DNA of 64,000 nt from Alphaproteobacteria bacterium (GTDB lineage Bacteria > Pseudomonadota > Alphaproteobacteria > GCA-2731375), in the NCBI GenBank assembly GCA_965225945.1, contig CBDDBZ010000031.1, forward strand, positions 64,001-128,000. The letters run 5' to 3'. Positions 1 to 9,471 of the stretch are shown here, piece by piece; the first letter of the stretch is position 1; each line of letters starts with the position of its first letter. A program made the position numbers and the translations under genes. The notes under the pieces were generated by a model, which searched no databases, was not told where the DNA came from, and was given only the letters and a program-made list of their open reading frames with translations.

Positions 1-466
1 GGTCGGCAAGACAGCGGTGGTCGGTGTGAAAGACCGCGATACCAACGAGGTCCGGGCCGAGGTGGTCGATTTCACGGACGGCGAAACCCTCAAGGGCTTC
101 GTCCGGGAACATGTCGAACCCGGCGCGACGGTCTATACAGACGATGCGCGAGCCTACAAGGGGATGCCTGAGTTCAACCATGAAGCCGTCAATCACTCGG
201 TTGCCGAATATGTCAGGGGGCAGGCGCACACCAACGGAATCGAGTCCTTCTGGGCCATGCTCAAGCGGGCGCATGACGGCACGTTCCACAAGATGAGCCC
301 GAAGCACCTGCAACGCTACGTCTCCGAATTTGCCGGCAAGCACAACATCAGGGACTCCGGAACGCTTGCGCAGATGCGGGACACGGTGGCCGGGCTTGTC
401 GGACGCAATCTCCTCTACCGCAACCTGATCGCGGACAATGGGCTTTCGTCCGGGGCGCGGTCGTAG
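1..466 (+). CDS. IS1595-family transposase, C-terminal part (5' end outside window)
   Basis: Motifs VYTDD..AY and HTNGIESFWAMLKRAH.G.FHKMSPKHLQRYV.EF...HN, typical of the ISXO2/IS1595 DDE domain. Confidence 0.9.
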   Translation, partial: VGKTAVVGVKDRDTNEVRAEVVDFTDGETLKGFVREHVEPGATVYTDDARAYKGMPEFNHEAVNHSVAEYVRGQAHTNGIESFWAMLKRAHDGTFHKMSPKHLQRYVSEFAGKHNIRDSGTLAQMRDTVAGLVGRNLLYRNLIADNGLSSGARS

Positions 467-586
467 CGCGTTCCGCAAAAGCGCTTTCGCCAGCTTCTCC
501 GGGGTTGCGCCCGCCAAGTCGCGGGCTGGATCAAGCATTCCAGGTCTCATCTTCCAGGGATTCCCGGCTCCAATACAGCATTGACG

Positions 587-2169
587 GTAACTGCCCAGGT
601 AGGTCTGGGCCTATCAAGCGTCGCGGAGACGAGCGATCAGGGTTTCGGGATTTTCCATGAGCGCGGGAATGATGTTCCAGCCCTGTTTTTTGGCGGTCGA
701 GATGAAGCCGCGGATGGTCGCGAAGTCGTTCGCCCCTTGTTCGGATCGGAAGGCGCCGGAGATTTTCTGCTTGAGCTTCGCCATGCGCACGTCCTGCTCG
801 GCCTGATTGTTGGTGAAGGGCACGGCGAGGTTGGCGAGGAAGCGTAGCGCGTCTTCCTTGCGCGCCTGAAGACGTAGGAGAAGGTTGTGGCCGGTACGGC
901 GCGGCTTGCGTCCACGGCGCTTGGCCTGGCCCTCGGCCGGTGCGGGGCCGAGCGGGGGCTGGGCCTCGTGAAAGCGGATGCCCTCGGCCGTGATGGCGTC
1001 CCACCATCGTCGGAAGCCTTCGACGAGGCTCGGTTGCAGCGCCACGCCCCGCTCCCGGGCGAGGTTTGCCGCGTGGCAGGCACGGCGGAGCAGCCTTTGC
1101 ATCTTGCGCGCCCAGCCTTCCTTCTCGATCTCGATCAGGGCTTGCAACTCTCGAAGGTGATGGGCGTTGCACAGCGCATGGTCCACGCCTTGCATCGTGA
1201 AGTACGGCTTCCAGTGGTCGTGCACGACGATGCCGGCGACGCCATCGAGCAGGCTGCCGCGCCCGGCCGAGACCCGGTAGAAGGTCAGCCCGGCACTCGA
1301 GGCGACGTGCAGCCATTGGGTCCGCCCGCCGACCCGCAAGCCGGTCTCGTCCATGTGCTTGACCGGCGCCGATTTCACCAAGTCGCGGATCACCTCGACG
1401 ACGCCTTCGAAGCGCCGGGCGCGGCTTCGGCCCATCCGCGCGACGGTCGCCGGAACCAGGGCGACGGCGAACAGATCCGCCATCAACTCGGCCAGACGAT
1501 CTTCGGGCAAGAGCTGGTAGTGCGACAGGTAGACCACCATGGCCCCGATCCGCGCGCCATACCGCACCGGGCCGGTGACGCCAGCGGGAAAGGCGGCCCT
1601 GGTTTGCCTGCCACATCGCCCGCAACGGCAACGATGCGCCCGATGCTCCATGACCACCAGGGGCCGGGGCTCGGGCAGATCGAAAACCTGGCGGGCGCCA
1701 TGGCCGGTGGACATCTCCGGCGTCAATCCCGAACCACAGTTCGGGCAGGTCTCGGGATAATGATCGGTAATCGCGTCGGGTTCGGCGACTTGGCGCAGGG
1801 TCTCGCCCTCGTGGCCCTTCTGCCCGCCCGGCTTGCGGCCCGACTTCTCGCGCAGGCTCCCGGTGCGCCGCCGCTTCTGCTTCCCCGCCGGCGGCTTGCT
1901 CAGTCCATCGCTGGACGGCGGCTTGCCGCTGTTGGTGCTGTTCAGGCCGAGCCGGCGCTCGAGTTCGTCGAGCCGTGCCGCCAGAGACAGCACCAAATCG
2001 ATCAGTTCGTCTTTCGACAAGAGGGCAAGGGCTTCATGATTCATTGGATTCTTGAATCGCATCACCCCCTGCTTGTCAATCAAAACCTAGGCATTCAGTC
2101 CATCAAACCTACAAAAACTGCCCGTCCGTCCTATCCAGCCGCTCGGCCATCGGCTACCTGGGCAGTTAC
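587..2169 (-). mobile_element. IS66-family element, single-ORF (ISBst12-like) type
   Basis: Perfect 16-bp IR GTAACTGCCCAGGTAG; 8-bp TSD CATTGACG at 579-586 and 2170-2177. Confidence 0.95.
614..2044 (-). CDS. IS66-family transposase
   Basis: LNSTNSGKPPSSD, GGQKGH.G, CxxC zinc finger, DETG, HALCNAHHLREL, FTNNQAE.D.RMAKLKQKISG. Confidence 0.95.
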   Translation of the reverse strand: MNHEALALLSKDELIDLVLSLAARLDELERRLGLNSTNSGKPPSSDGLSKPPAGKQKRRRTGSLREKSGRKPGGQKGHEGETLRQVAEPDAITDHYPETCPNCGSGLTPEMSTGHGARQVFDLPEPRPLVVMEHRAHRCRCGRCGRQTRAAFPAGVTGPVRYGARIGAMVVYLSHYQLLPEDRLAELMADLFAVALVPATVARMGRSRARRFEGVVEVIRDLVKSAPVKHMDETGLRVGGRTQWLHVASSAGLTFYRVSAGRGSLLDGVAGIVVHDHWKPYFTMQGVDHALCNAHHLRELQALIEIEKEGWARKMQRLLRRACHAANLARERGVALQPSLVEGFRRWWDAITAEGIRFHEAQPPLGPAPAEGQAKRRGRKPRRTGHNLLLRLQARKEDALRFLANLAVPFTNNQAEQDVRMAKLKQKISGAFRSEQGANDFATIRGFISTAKKQGWNIIPALMENPETLIARLRDA

Positions 2170-2448
2170 CATTGACGGAAGACAGTTCGTCGTGAGCTTC
2201 TTTGAGGCCAACTACCGCGCGGCGGAGATCATCGCAATGCAGGGTAATGATCTCGCCTCTAGGCAGCTCGAAATCGAGCTCTCGTACGGACTGACGGACA
2301 TCGGATGGGTTCTCCGACAAGGCACGCCCAAGGCGCTCTATGGCGCGGCCAGCATTCTTTAGCTTCTGTTCGAGAATCTGAATATCGCGGCGGAGTTCGT
2401 CTCGGCGCCTGATGTTTTCCAGCACCGCTTCCGCGCGTTCCTCGTCTG

Positions 2449-2901
2449 TCATCTTCTCATTCCTTTGACCTTGTCGCCCAGATCTTTGGCGTCCTGGTAA
2501 CGCTTGTCCCGCGCGTTCGCCATCATTAGCCGCTCGTAGTCAACCCAAGCCTCATCGTCGGCCTTGGGATGGGGAGCACCAAGGCCTATGTGGCCGAGAC
2601 GGCGCAGGAGCCGTAGCCTCCGAGTGTGCGGATGATCCGGAGACGACGATGTGAACTCCTCCATCGCGGCCAAGAACTCACGATCCCGTCTCCGAAGATT
2701 ACGCCAATCAAGTGACTTGCTTAGCAGCCACAAAAATATAAGTGTGCCGCCGATGGTAAACGCCACGGTTGAAGGCGTGCCGCTCATGAAGCTGAGCCAG
2801 TCGCCCCAAGTGCGGGAGTCATTCAAGGCGCCGGGAATGCCCAGCGCAGAAGAAATCGCCCCGATCACAGGGAACCACCTGTTGCCGAAGAATTTGAACA
2901 T
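2449..2901 (-). CDS. Hypothetical membrane protein (two N-terminal hydrophobic segments)
   Basis: 150-aa ORF coupled to the downstream ORF by ATGA; promoter-like sequence directly upstream. Confidence 0.6.
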   Translation of the reverse strand: MFKFFGNRWFPVIGAISSALGIPGALNDSRTWGDWLSFMSGTPSTVAFTIGGTLIFLWLLSKSLDWRNLRRRDREFLAAMEEFTSSSPDHPHTRRLRLLRRLGHIGLGAPHPKADDEAWVDYERLMMANARDKRYQDAKDLGDKVKGMRR

Positions 2902-2907
2902 CCCCGA

Positions 2908-2936
2908 ATAGTCGGGAGTCCGCCCGCCACTGTCAA
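2908..2936 (-). promoter_or_regulatory. Sigma70-like promoter TTGACA-N17-GACTAT, 6 nt before the ATG at 2901
   Basis: Perfect -35 at 2931-2936, 17-nt spacer, weak -10. Confidence 0.4.
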
Positions 2937-3306
2937 GTGGGCTTTATAATTCCCATTGATTGCAGTGATGCTCGAGTGTCAATAGGTCCCCGGCTCATCA
3001 CTTTCCATTAGCGAAACTGGGGACGTATACAGTTTCCTCGACGCTATCATCCCTTGGAAAGCGCGGAAAACCGGGACGTCAGCCCCGGTCTTGCCTCGCA
3101 CCCCAAATCACGAGCGAAGCGTGGCGAACCAGGGCGGCGCGCCCCGTGCTTCAACGATAAGCGCACGCCACCGACACCGCCTGGAGTGCCACGCTCGTTT
3201 CCCTCGCAGGCCATGACGCCGTCATCGCGACGGGCGAGGAAAGCTCGGCGGTTCAGTCGGCTCGGCCGGCACTATAAAATCCACGAAGCCGGCCCGCACT
3301 CCCGGC

Positions 3307-4917
3307 TCAGGCGCCGCCGATGCGGTCGCGGCGGATGCGGATGCCGGCGGCCTCGCGGTCCCAGGTGTCCGCCGTCACGCCTTCGTCGCGCAAGAGATGC
3401 TTCTGGACCTTGTTGGTTAGCGTCTTGGGCAAATCCTCGACCACGCGGAGGTAGCGCGGGATCATGAAGTGCGCCATGCGGGGCCGCAGAAATTCCAGCA
3501 ATTCGACCGGGTCCAGGGTGGCGCCCTGGACCAGCGAGACCACCGCCATCACCTCGTCCTCGCCAATTTCGCTCGGCACCGGGATCACGTCGGCCTCGCG
3601 CACCGCGGCATGCGCCGCCAGCTCGATCTCGACCTCGAGGCTGGAGATGTTCTCGCCTCGGCGGCGGATCGAGTCCTTGATCCGGTCGACGAAGAAGAAG
3701 TTGCCGGCTTCGTCCCGCGTGCCCGCGTCACCGGTATGGAACCAGCCGTTGCGCCACGCGCTCGCCGTCGCCTCCGGGCTCTTGTAATAGCCGTGGTTCA
3801 TCGCCCAGGGGGCCTCCGTGCGGAGGCAAAATTCGCCCACGGCGCCCGCCCGGACCTCGCAATCGTTTTGGTCCAGCAGCCGCACCTCGACGCCGGGCCT
3901 CGCCCGCCCGCAGCTGCCCGCAATCGTCGGATTGGGCTCGGAGGCGATCGGCGTCGAGATCTCGGTCATGTTGTAGAGGGTCAGGACGTCGATGCCGAAG
4001 CGCTGGGCGAAGGCGTGGATGTCGTTCACCAGCGGCACCATGTGGACCAGCCGGAGCGGATGGTCGCGGTCGTCGTCGCCCGGCGCGCGGGCCTCGAGGA
4101 AGTTCGCCATCACGCCGAGCAGGAAGACCATGGTCGTCCCGGTCTCGCGGACGGTCGGCCAGAAGCGTTCGGTGTCGAACGCCACCACCATCGAAATCGA
4201 GGCGTGGTGCACCAGCATGGCGTAGATCAGCGCGGTGCCGCCGATGTGGAAGATCGGCAGGTTGATCATGTAGCGGTCGTCGGGGCGGATGTAGTCCCAG
4301 GTGCCGGGCCCGAACATCGAATAGTGATGGAAGTAGGAGCTGAGCACACCCTTCGACGGCCCGGTGGTGCCGGAAGTGTAGAGGATGCCCTGGAGGTCCC
4401 AGGGCTCGATCTCGCGGGCCAGCGGCGCCAGCTCCAGGCCCGCGCCGTCGAGCGCGTCGGCCCCCAGCAGCTCCAGGCCGGCCACCGTTTCCGCCTCGCC
4501 CGCCAGGACGACGCAGCGCTTCAGCGCGGCCAGCTCGACCGCGGCCAGGCGGTCCACCAAGTCGGCGTGGGCCAGCATCAGCTCGGCGTCGGAATTCTCG
4601 ATCACATGGGCCAGCAATTGGCCTCGGTAGCCGGTGTTGATCGGCACCATGACGGCGCCCATGTAGTTGAGCGCGAAGAAGCAGACCAGCGCCTCCGGCC
4701 CGTTCGGCAGCCAGATCAGCACATGATCGCCTTGTCGAACCGCGAGCCGTTGCAGCGCCGCCGCCCGGACCCGGACGCGGGCCCGGATCTCGGCGTAGCT
4801 CCAGCTCTCGCCGCCGTCGAAGACGACGAAGATCTTGTCCGGCGTCTCCGCCGCCGTCCGGTCCAGCAGATAGCGCAGCACGCAGCGCTCGCGCGGCGCC
4901 AGTCGCGGATCGCTCAC
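3307..4917 (-). CDS. ATP-dependent acyl-CoA ligase (CaiC-like)
   Basis: YTSGTTGPSKG, YNMTE, WFHTGD, DRIKDSIRRRGENISS. Confidence 0.9.
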   Translation of the reverse strand: MSDPRLAPRERCVLRYLLDRTAAETPDKIFVVFDGGESWSYAEIRARVRVRAAALQRLAVRQGDHVLIWLPNGPEALVCFFALNYMGAVMVPINTGYRGQLLAHVIENSDAELMLAHADLVDRLAAVELAALKRCVVLAGEAETVAGLELLGADALDGAGLELAPLAREIEPWDLQGILYTSGTTGPSKGVLSSYFHHYSMFGPGTWDYIRPDDRYMINLPIFHIGGTALIYAMLVHHASISMVVAFDTERFWPTVRETGTTMVFLLGVMANFLEARAPGDDDRDHPLRLVHMVPLVNDIHAFAQRFGIDVLTLYNMTEISTPIASEPNPTIAGSCGRARPGVEVRLLDQNDCEVRAGAVGEFCLRTEAPWAMNHGYYKSPEATASAWRNGWFHTGDAGTRDEAGNFFFVDRIKDSIRRRGENISSLEVEIELAAHAAVREADVIPVPSEIGEDEVMAVVSLVQGATLDPVELLEFLRPRMAHFMIPRYLRVVEDLPKTLTNKVQKHLLRDEGVTADTWDREAAGIRIRRDRIGGA

Positions 4918-5090
4918 CCCTTCATCCTCCCGTTCCGCTGGCCCATTCCCCCGGACGCGGCGCGGCGATTATCGCGGCCGGCGGGCCCCTGTCAAAGCCG
5001 GAGCGCTCGCGCGCGAGACCATGGCGGTTTGTCCGCGACCCCTCGGGGGGCCTATGATCCGGCCCGCATCGAATCAGCAAGGGGGGCACC

Positions 5091-5891
5091 ATGGAGCCGG
5101 GCAAGAGACTGATCGACAAGGTCGCGATCGTCACCGGCGGGGCCTCCGGCATCGGCGCGGAGACGGCGCGCCAGTTCGCCCGCCACGGCGCCGCCGTGGT
5201 GCTGGCCGACGTCGACACCACGCTGGGCGAGCAGGTGGCCGAGGAGATCCTGGCGGCCGGCGGCGGCGCCGACTTCCGGAGCCTCGAGGTGACGGACGAG
5301 GCAGGGTGGGCGGGGCTGGTGGAGGAGACGGAGGCGCTCCACGGCAAGCTCGACATCCTCGCCAACATCGCCGGCATCTCCGGTCGCGATCCGAGCCAGA
5401 ACGTCCAGACCACCCAGACCGCCGGGCCGCTGCTGGAGGCGCAGTCGCTCGAACAGTGGAACAAGGTGATGGCGATCAACGCGACCGGGGTTTATCTCGG
5501 CACGCGCGCAGGCATCCCGGCGATGCGCCGCGCCGGCGGCGGCTCGATCATCAACATCTCCTCGATCTGCGGCATCGTCGGCTCCTTCGCCAACGCCGCC
5601 TATCACGCGAGCAAGGGCGCGGTCCGGATCTTCTCCAAGGCGGCGGCGATCCAATACGCGGCGGAGAACATCCGGGTGAATTCGGTGCACCCGGGCTTCG
5701 TCGACACGCCGATGACGGCGCCCGGCCATGCCAACCCGGAGGTGGCAGCCAAGCGGATGGAGGCCACGCCGATGGGCCGCTTCGGCACGCCGCACGACAT
5801 CGCCATGGGCTGCCTGTACCTGGCCTCGGACGAGTCCGCCTGGATGACCGGCGCCGAGCTGGTGATCGACGGCGGCATGACGGCCAATTGA
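5091..5891 (+). CDS. SDR family oxidoreductase
   Basis: TGGASGIG, YHASK, VNSVHPG. Confidence 0.92.
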   Translation: MEPGKRLIDKVAIVTGGASGIGAETARQFARHGAAVVLADVDTTLGEQVAEEILAAGGGADFRSLEVTDEAGWAGLVEETEALHGKLDILANIAGISGRDPSQNVQTTQTAGPLLEAQSLEQWNKVMAINATGVYLGTRAGIPAMRRAGGGSIINISSICGIVGSFANAAYHASKGAVRIFSKAAAIQYAAENIRVNSVHPGFVDTPMTAPGHANPEVAAKRMEATPMGRFGTPHDIAMGCLYLASDESAWMTGAELVIDGGMTAN

Positions 5892-5918
5892 CGACGAATG
5901 AGGCGACAAAGACGGCAC

Positions 5919-6380
5919 ATGAGCCCGGATGCCCGGCCCGACGATCGCTTCGATGACCGCAACATCTCCTGGGCCCCGTTCCGGGGCATCGTTGGCCTCC
6001 ATTACCACCTGTTGGAGGTGGACGAGGGGCGCCAGCAGGTCGAAATGCTGATCAAGTTCGCCGCGCACGCACGCTCGATCGCGCACCGCCACGCGGGCCC
6101 GAGCCGCACCCTGGTGCTCGAGGGCGAGCAGCGGATCTACGAACCGGGCGCCGGCGAGACGCCGCGCGAGACGCGCGCCGCCGGCGCCTTCGCCGTATTC
6201 AACGGCGACGAGACCCACGCCGAGGGCGCGGGGCCAGGGCGCACGATCATCCTGCTCTCGATGCAGGCGATCGACGGCCGCGTATGGGATCTGCTGGACG
6301 ACGATCTGAACGTCACCCGCCATGTCACCCTTGCCGACTTTCGCCGGGGGATGGAGAAGCAGCGCGCCCGTGCGGCCTGA
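5919..6380 (+). CDS. Cupin-like (ChrR-type) protein
   Basis: HRH...E and later H motif; host-like codon use; follows the SDR gene. Confidence 0.6.
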   Translation: MSPDARPDDRFDDRNISWAPFRGIVGLHYHLLEVDEGRQQVEMLIKFAAHARSIAHRHAGPSRTLVLEGEQRIYEPGAGETPRETRAAGAFAVFNGDETHAEGAGPGRTIILLSMQAIDGRVWDLLDDDLNVTRHVTLADFRRGMEKQRARAA

Positions 6381-6463
6381 GGCCAGCCAGCCTGCTTGAC
6401 GCGGGGCAGGTTTGAATCCATTTTAAAGCCGATTCAACGAAATTTCGTCGAATAGGCCTTGAA

Positions 6464-7645
6464 ATGCTGAGAAAATTCACCGTCGAGAACTTCCACTCCA
6501 TTCGCGAGCCGCAGACGCTCGACCTGACGATCGGCCGCAAGGCGCGTGACCCGGACGGCCGCTTCGTCGAGTCGATCCCCGACTCCGGCATCCGCCTGCC
6601 CAAGGTCGCGCTCGTCTTCGGTGCGAATGCGTCGGGCAAGACGAACCTGCTGCAGGCGCTCGATTTCGTCTTGAGGTTCATTGCCGAAAGTGCGTCGTGG
6701 TCGACGGACCAGCCCTTTCCGTTCGTCCAGTTTGCAACGAGCCAGGCGTTGGGATCGGCCACGCGGTTTAGGCTCGAATTCGACGCCGTTGATCTCGTCG
6801 GCACCGGAACGGCGATTTACGAATACGAGGTGGAACTCACGCAGCAGCCCCGTCGTGTTTGTTGGGAGCGGCTCAGATTCAGACCGGAGAGGCGGGCACG
6901 GAAGCTCTTCGAGCGAGTCGGTGGTAAAATTCAGACGAGCAAGGAGTTCGATGTTCCGAAGCGGGATCCGGTCCGATTGCGGCTTCTCGAGCACGCGAGT
7001 GTCATTTCGATCTTGGCGCAGTTCGCGCATCCTCTCTCGAAAGCGATCGCGGCCCATGTTCGGAACGCCGGAGGTAATTTAGTTTTCAGGGGCCGTTTCA
7101 AACTGACGCCCAACGACGCATCGATCTACTATGCCAAGAACTCCAAGGCCCTCACCGGTATCGGCGAGTTCGCGCTACGATCCGACTTAGGAATCAACGA
7201 AGTCCGACTCGTGCAGAATGGGCAAGCGTTGGAACCCATCTTCGTCCACAACGGTCTCGACGAGCCGCTGGGGTACGAGCTCGAGTCACGAGGTACCCAG
7301 GCGATCTATCGCCTCTATCCGATTTTACATGAAGCCTTGAGCACTGGCTCGTTGATGCTTTACGACGAGCTGGACAATGATATTCATCCGAACCTGTTGC
7401 CGGAGATTCTGCGATTGTTCCACGACGCGGAGACGAATCCCGGCAACGCCCAATTGATCGCGAGTTGCCATGACGCCTCGGCACTGGAGTACCTGATGAA
7501 GGAGCAAGTGTACTTTACCGAGAAGGACTCCAAAGGTCGGACCGAGATATTCGGACTCAATGAATTCCTGGGCGTCCGCCGCGACGATAATTTTTACGCA
7601 AAGTACACTGACGGCGCCTACGGCGGCGTCCCCATCCTGGGCTGA
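6464..7645 (+). CDS. AAA/ABC-type ATPase, RloA/AbiLi-like
   Basis: Walker A GANASGKTN, ES.GT signature, Walker B LYDELDNDIHP, QLIASCHD, C-terminal Y..G.YGGVP. Confidence 0.88.
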   Translation: MLRKFTVENFHSIREPQTLDLTIGRKARDPDGRFVESIPDSGIRLPKVALVFGANASGKTNLLQALDFVLRFIAESASWSTDQPFPFVQFATSQALGSATRFRLEFDAVDLVGTGTAIYEYEVELTQQPRRVCWERLRFRPERRARKLFERVGGKIQTSKEFDVPKRDPVRLRLLEHASVISILAQFAHPLSKAIAAHVRNAGGNLVFRGRFKLTPNDASIYYAKNSKALTGIGEFALRSDLGINEVRLVQNGQALEPIFVHNGLDEPLGYELESRGTQAIYRLYPILHEALSTGSLMLYDELDNDIHPNLLPEILRLFHDAETNPGNAQLIASCHDASALEYLMKEQVYFTEKDSKGRTEIFGLNEFLGVRRDDNFYAKYTDGAYGGVPILG

Positions 7646-7652
7646 GGCTTTC

Positions 7653-8216
7653 ATGGCCGGGCCCCGCCACGCGAAGCCCGAGCGCCGAGTCGTACTCCTT
7701 GGATGTGAAGGGCGAAGCGAGGAAGGCTACGGCCTTTGGATGAACCAAGTCGCTCGTCGGCGCGACATGGCGATTACTATTCGGCCGGTGTTTCTCGGCG
7801 GCGGCGATCCCCTGGCCATCGTCGAGGCCTTCGAGCACGAGATTGCCGCTCGCCGTCGTCGGGGCCGTCGCTACGCTCATCACGTACTGTTCGTCGACGG
7901 TGACCGACTTGGCGAAGCGCCCGCGCGTGACGATGCGATCCCCGCCATCGTCCGGAGGGCCAAGATGGTACTCATCTGGCAGTCTCCCGGCCACGAAGCG
8001 TTCCTGCTCCGCCATTTTGAATGCCACCAGCATGACCGCCCGACCATGACTGTGGTGGCGGAGCGCCGCCTGGAGCGTCTGTGGCCCGCCTATCGAAAGG
8101 GCATGAATGCCGCCGGCTATGGCGCCGTCCTAACCGCAGAGCACTTCGACCGCGTCCGTCTCGTCGAGCCCGAGTTCGACGCCTTCCTCGACCGCATCGG
8201 CTGGCCGCGCGAATAG
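7653..8216 (+). CDS. RloB-like protein
   Basis: LLGCEG.SE..Y, VDGD, SPGHEAFLLRHFE motifs; directly downstream of the RloA-like ATPase. Confidence 0.78.
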   Translation: MAGPRHAKPERRVVLLGCEGRSEEGYGLWMNQVARRRDMAITIRPVFLGGGDPLAIVEAFEHEIAARRRRGRRYAHHVLFVDGDRLGEAPARDDAIPAIVRRAKMVLIWQSPGHEAFLLRHFECHQHDRPTMTVVAERRLERLWPAYRKGMNAAGYGAVLTAEHFDRVRLVEPEFDAFLDRIGWPRE

Positions 8217-8297
8217 CGCCCGCCCTCTCCGCTTGCTTGCGGGCGCGGAAAGGCCATATTGGGCCCGACACGGGCGCAAATCCGGAGTATCCGAGCC

Positions 8298-9320
8298 ATG
8301 GCCTACAAGCTCGCCGTCGTCGGCGCCACGGGCGTCGTCGGGCAGGAGATGTTGTCGATCCTGGCCGAGCGGAGCTTCCCCGTCGCGGAACTGGTGGCGC
8401 TCGCCAGGCGCCGCTCGCTCGGCCGCGAGGTCTCCTTCGGCGATCGCACGGTGAAATGCCGGGACCTGGCGCAATTCGATTTCACCGGCACCGATATCGC
8501 CCTCTTCGCCGCCGGTGGCGAGGCGGCCGCGGAGTTCGCGCCCCTGGCCGCGGCCCAGGGCGCGGTGGTGATCGACAATTCGTCGTACTTCCGGATGGAT
8601 CCCGACGTACCGCTGATCGTGCCGGAGGTAAATTCGGACGCCATCGCCGGCTATGGGGCGCGCAACATCGTCGCCAACCCCAACTGCTCCACCGCGCAGC
8701 TCGTCGTCGCCTTGGCGCCGCTGCACCAGCACGCGCGGATCACCAGAGTCGTCGTCGCCACCTACCAGTCGGTCTCCGGCGCCGGGCGCGAGGCGATGGA
8801 CGAACTCTTCACCCAGACCAAGGGGATCTACGTCAACGACACGGCCACGCCCGCCAGCTTCACCAAGCAGATCGCCTTCAACGTCATCCCCCACATCGAC
8901 GACTTCATGGACGACGGCCAGACCCGGGAAGAGTGGAAGCTGGTGGCGGAGACCAAGAAGATCCTCGACCCGGCGATAAAGCTGCATGCGACCTGCGTCC
9001 GGGTGCCGGTCTTCGTCGGCCATTCGGAAGCGGTGACGATCGAGTTCGAGCAGCCGATCGACGACGACGAGGCCCGCGAGATCCTGCGCGAGGCGCCGGG
9101 CTGCATGGTCGTGGACCAGCGCCAGGACGGCGGCTACGTGACGCCGATCGACTGCGTCGGCGATTTCGCCACCTATATCAGCCGGCTCCGCGTCGATCCC
9201 ACGGTCGAGAACGGGCTCTCGATGTGGGTGGTCTCCGACAATTTGCGCAAGGGCGCGGCCTTGAACGCGGTGCAGATCGCCGAGCTGCTGGCCGCCCGCC
9301 ACCTGAAGAAGGCGGCGTGA
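8298..9320 (+). CDS. asd: Aspartate-semialdehyde dehydrogenase
   Basis: VVGATGVVG, IDNSSYFRM, ANPNCST, DNLRKGAALNAVQIAE. Confidence 0.97.
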   Translation: MAYKLAVVGATGVVGQEMLSILAERSFPVAELVALARRRSLGREVSFGDRTVKCRDLAQFDFTGTDIALFAAGGEAAAEFAPLAAAQGAVVIDNSSYFRMDPDVPLIVPEVNSDAIAGYGARNIVANPNCSTAQLVVALAPLHQHARITRVVVATYQSVSGAGREAMDELFTQTKGIYVNDTATPASFTKQIAFNVIPHIDDFMDDGQTREEWKLVAETKKILDPAIKLHATCVRVPVFVGHSEAVTIEFEQPIDDDEAREILREAPGCMVVDQRQDGGYVTPIDCVGDFATYISRLRVDPTVENGLSMWVVSDNLRKGAALNAVQIAELLAARHLKKAA

Positions 9321-9332
9321 GCGCAGGCCGGG

Positions 9333-9471
9333 CTAGAGCAGCATCCGTCAGAAGGAAATCGCTTTCAGCGATCCAACTGGCGGATAAAGCTGCTCTATCA
9401 CCATGAAGAATAGAGCAATTTTATCCGAACGGATTGAACCGCACCGGTTCAATCCGTTCGGATATTGCTCT
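9333..9471. repeat. Double-hairpin palindromic element (CTAGAGC...GCTCT type MITE/RIME-like)
   Basis: Two adjacent long inverted repeats: TAGAGCAG..TCCG.CAG/CTG.CGGA..CTGCTCTA and TATCCGAACGGATTGAACCG/CGGTTCAATCCGTTCGGATA; AT-rich. Confidence 0.75.

Larger units (their letters stand above)
547..2452 (-). pseudogene. Small coiled-coil passenger protein interrupted by IS66 (reconstructed ...HDELSSVNAVLEPGIPGR*)
   Basis: Removing 587-2169 and one copy of CATTGACG restores the frame to a TGA at 547-549; start overlaps the upstream stop (ATGA). Confidence 0.65.
1..2954. mobile_element. Probable IS1595-family transporter IS carrying two passenger genes; right end near ..TATAATTCCC
   Basis: Transposase followed by convergent orphan genes and an AT-rich end-like sequence at 2931-2954; left IR is outside the window, so the boundary is inferred. 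Confidence 0.45.
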
